64,000 nucleotides of DNA. Origin: Laetmonice hystrix. Taxonomy: Eukaryota. Location of the stretch: positions 5,146,001-5,210,000 of the forward strand of contig OZ249449.1 in the NCBI GenBank assembly GCA_965235115.1, in the 5' to 3' direction. A program made the position numbers and the translations under genes. The notes beneath the pieces were generated by a model. The model was not told where the DNA came from and did no database searches. It saw only the letters and a list, made by a program, of their open reading frames with translations. This document shows, one piece after another, positions 61,159-64,000 of this stretch (its first letter is position 1; each line of letters starts with the position of its first letter).

Positions 61159-61570
61159 GTAAGCATCCATCATGTAACTTTGTGTGTTCGGGGGTTAGGA
61201 GTAGCATAGTTGCCAACATTGGAGAGTAAAAAAGGGCAGCGTGATGTGCCGAAGGCACATTGGCCTGGTACAGGTAGGGGGTTCCAGGGGCATGCTGCCC
61301 CGAAAAAAAAAAAAAAAACTAGTCTAACTCTAGTCTTATGAAAGTCAGGCTTGGCATGAGGTAAAAGAACAAAACTGACAAAAACGGTAGATCTATTTTT
61401 AATTATCAGAACTCCTTATGCAGTAGCAGAGCTTAAAACCCCGGTAATATTGTATGTTTGATGTCCAGAGGCTTTTCAACTTGCCTTTTCCTCCTGATTA
61501 TGTCTACATGGTGTCCTAGATGAAGATTGGTTTTTAGAAATCTCTCATTGTTTTTTTTTTAAATTTTCAG

Positions 61571-61714
61571 ACATCAGACTCAGAATTTGAAGATTCACAA
61601 TCTGAAGATTCACAATCTGAAGATGCATCTGAAGAATCTGAAGAAGATTGCACAAATAATGTGAACAAAAAGAAAACATTGAAAAGACGAAAGAAAATGC
61701 AGGAACACCGAAAG
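61571..61714 (+). CDS. Zinc-finger protein, acidic/NLS-like exon
   Basis: ttttcag|TSDSEFEDSQSEDSQSEDASEESEEDCTNNVNKKKTLKRRKKMQEHRK|gtaagt; 144 nt, phase 0-0. Confidence 0.88.
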
Positions 61715-62074
61715 GTAAGTACAAATAGGGCCTTATGATGGTAATGATTTTTATGTATGTTAAAAAAAGCATACCTGACAATTATATTTTGTTTTTATTT
61801 TGTTTTCTTTTGTTTTCATTTACTCTAACCAATCAAAGCACTCTCCAGTAGAATGTATATCTAAATATTATTTTGATATTCAGGCAGCAGCTAAATTGGT
61901 TATTCCCACAAAATCATGGGGAGAGGTTAGGGGCAGGGCCGGGGTATTATTTTGATGAGGACCAAATTAGATGTTGTTATTATGTTTGGGGCCAGCAATA
62001 AATGGAGATGTTACCATGGTTTCTCAGTTAGGTCTAATTAAATGAGTAATCTTTCATTCTGTGTTAAATTCCAG

Positions 62075-64000
62075 AAGTCATCACGGAAGAGGAAGAAGCA
62101 AAAAAATGAAGAGATTAAGGATGAATTTGAAAATGGTATGGTGATGTGCCCCATCTGCACAGAATTAATCACTAGACAAGCAAGGCACCAACACCTACTT
62201 AGCCATACACCTACACCCTATCAATGCCAAGACTGTGGGGAAAAATTCAGCGAACTAGCGACCTTTGGGAGTCATATCTATACGCATAAAGACCGGTTCT
62301 TTGACCCATCTTTCATTTTGTGGCCAGACAATAATAAGCAATACAAATGTCCATACTTAAGTTGTCAGAAATCTTTGACAACTATTGACGTTGAAGACCA
62401 CTTCATAAACTATCATCGACCCACAATGACAATGACCAAAAGGCGATGCCCAGTCTGTAAGGCAAGACATATACATTCACATGGTAGTCATATCCTCAAA
62501 CATTTGGAGTGGAACACCACAAAGTGTCAACTTTGTGAAAGTTTTTTCACAGGAAAAAAGATGATGGAACACCTTCGATTTGTCCACGATGTTGGGAAAT
62601 TTGGTTGGCAATGCCGGATATGTGCAGACCACCAAAAATATGTTTCAGTGTCTAGTTTAGAGAAACATTTGTATACACATATGAAGAAGCCTTTTTGTTG
62701 CCAGGCATGTACAGCTGCTTTCAGGTATAGTGCTGATTTGGAAGAACACTGGTATTCAATGCATTCAGATGCATTGGAAACTGCTTCTACGCAACAAAAT
62801 CAAATCTTGGATAATAACGAAGAGCAGGAAGGGTCCCATCAAACACAGGAATTAGCCATCGCTAACATTACATCGCTAACAACAGAAAACGACAACCATT
62901 CTCTGATGAGAAGCAAACCCCAGCAAAGATACCGTCAGCAATCTGTGGAGAAAACGGAGGAAAAGGAACCGATCATCATTGCCCCCCTCGAGGAGGATTC
63001 ACACAGTGACAATAAAGATCTCAACAGTTACACATCGCGTAATTTATCTTCAAGTGAAGTCGGAGGCAGAAAGATGATTGCTAAAGGTTCAGATCTAACT
63101 CAAAAACCTGTTCAGGTGAGAGGAACAAGTAATGGAGAAAATGAGGAGAATGTTCTTCTCTTAGTAAAGCAGGTTCCCATGCATTGTTCGAAGCCAGGGT
63201 GTGTGGAATCGTTTGAAGGTCCGGTGCAGTATTGGGCACACTTCCGTTCTAAACATTGGCGCCGAGTGGAAGGAAACCAGTACTTGTGTATGACGTGTTG
63301 GCAGTTATTTAGACATTATGGCAAACACCAGTGTGATTACTTGAATAACAATCTCATTGCCAACACCTGCCCCTATTGCGGGCAGCTGTTCAAGAGTATC
63401 CAGCCATGGCGGAATCATACGATGGTATGTCGGGATGCCATAGAAGAGAAAGCAATCAAATGTTTCAAATGTGCGACTAGTCATCGCAACATCGACGAGC
63501 TTTGCTTTCACTTAGTGAGAGAGCATGCTGATGGGTTGGAAAAGTTCCTCTATGTTTGCAGACGATGTGGGGTATCGTTTCGGTCATGTGACCACCATTT
63601 GCGATGTTCCCGTCAATCGACCTGGATTGGCATTTGCACTGTGTGTCAAAAGACTGTGAAAGTCCATGAGCGGTTCGATCATGCCATGGCCTGTACTGGC
63701 CAGAAGAAGCCCATAGCCTGTCCCTCGGAATTCTGCAACAAGTCCTTCAGCCAGGCCCTTGCCCTCTATGAACACTATCGTGATATCCACTGGGAGGAGG
63801 ACGGGGGATTTCGGTGGTTGTGCCAGAAATGTGGGTCAATGTCTTGCAGTGAACTACTCGACTGCTGTGTGAGCCCGTCCATCACTTACTTGTGTTTATA
63901 CTGTGGGAAGAGATATATCACCTCTGATCGCATTCAACTGCACTCAAGGACTTGTCTTGGTTGTTTCCCCCTAGATGATGTGTTTTTCGAAGATGGAGGA
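62075..64000 (+). CDS. Multi-zinc-finger exon (about 15 C2H2/C2HC fingers), runs off the window end
   Basis: ttccag|KSSRKRKKQK...; 642 codons read by hand without a stop. Fingers include YQCQDCGEKFSELATFGSHIYTH, FCCQACTAAFRYSADLEEHWYSMH and IACPSEFCNKSFSQALALYEHYRDIH. Missing from the ORF track, presumably because no stop lies inside the window. Confidence 0.93.

Overview
Eukaryotic, intron-rich and repeat-dense genomic DNA that looks like a bilaterian invertebrate; the species cannot be assigned from the sequence alone. Minus strand: a C2CD2/C2CD2L (TMEM24)-family gene (TM anchor, SMP lipid-transfer domain, C2 domain). I traced it by hand through 11 frame-consistent GT-AG exons from 52141 down to 3755, plus 2 candidate exons. 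It has a 25.4 kb first intron and probably continues past the left edge. Plus strand, head-to-head about 1 kb away: a two-exon THAP domain (53158-53913), then exons of an acidic/basic, multi-zinc-finger protein (60827 to beyond 64000). The last 642-codon exon is absent from the ORF track and carries about 15 mixed C2H2/C2HC fingers. THAP and the fingers can be spliced in frame, but a second promoter-like region near 59.3-59.6 kb could drive a THAP-less form. The introns hold about 25 copies of one non-autonomous element whose ends resemble an RFX X-box and whose telomere-like core expands into satellite arrays. They also hold MITEs with TTAA, CWG and 5-bp target duplications, a 3.94 kb TIR element with a 6-bp TSD and 13 copies of one motif, a tRNA-derived SINE, several minisatellites and a 191-N assembly gap. 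Most ORFs in the supplied track are spurious.
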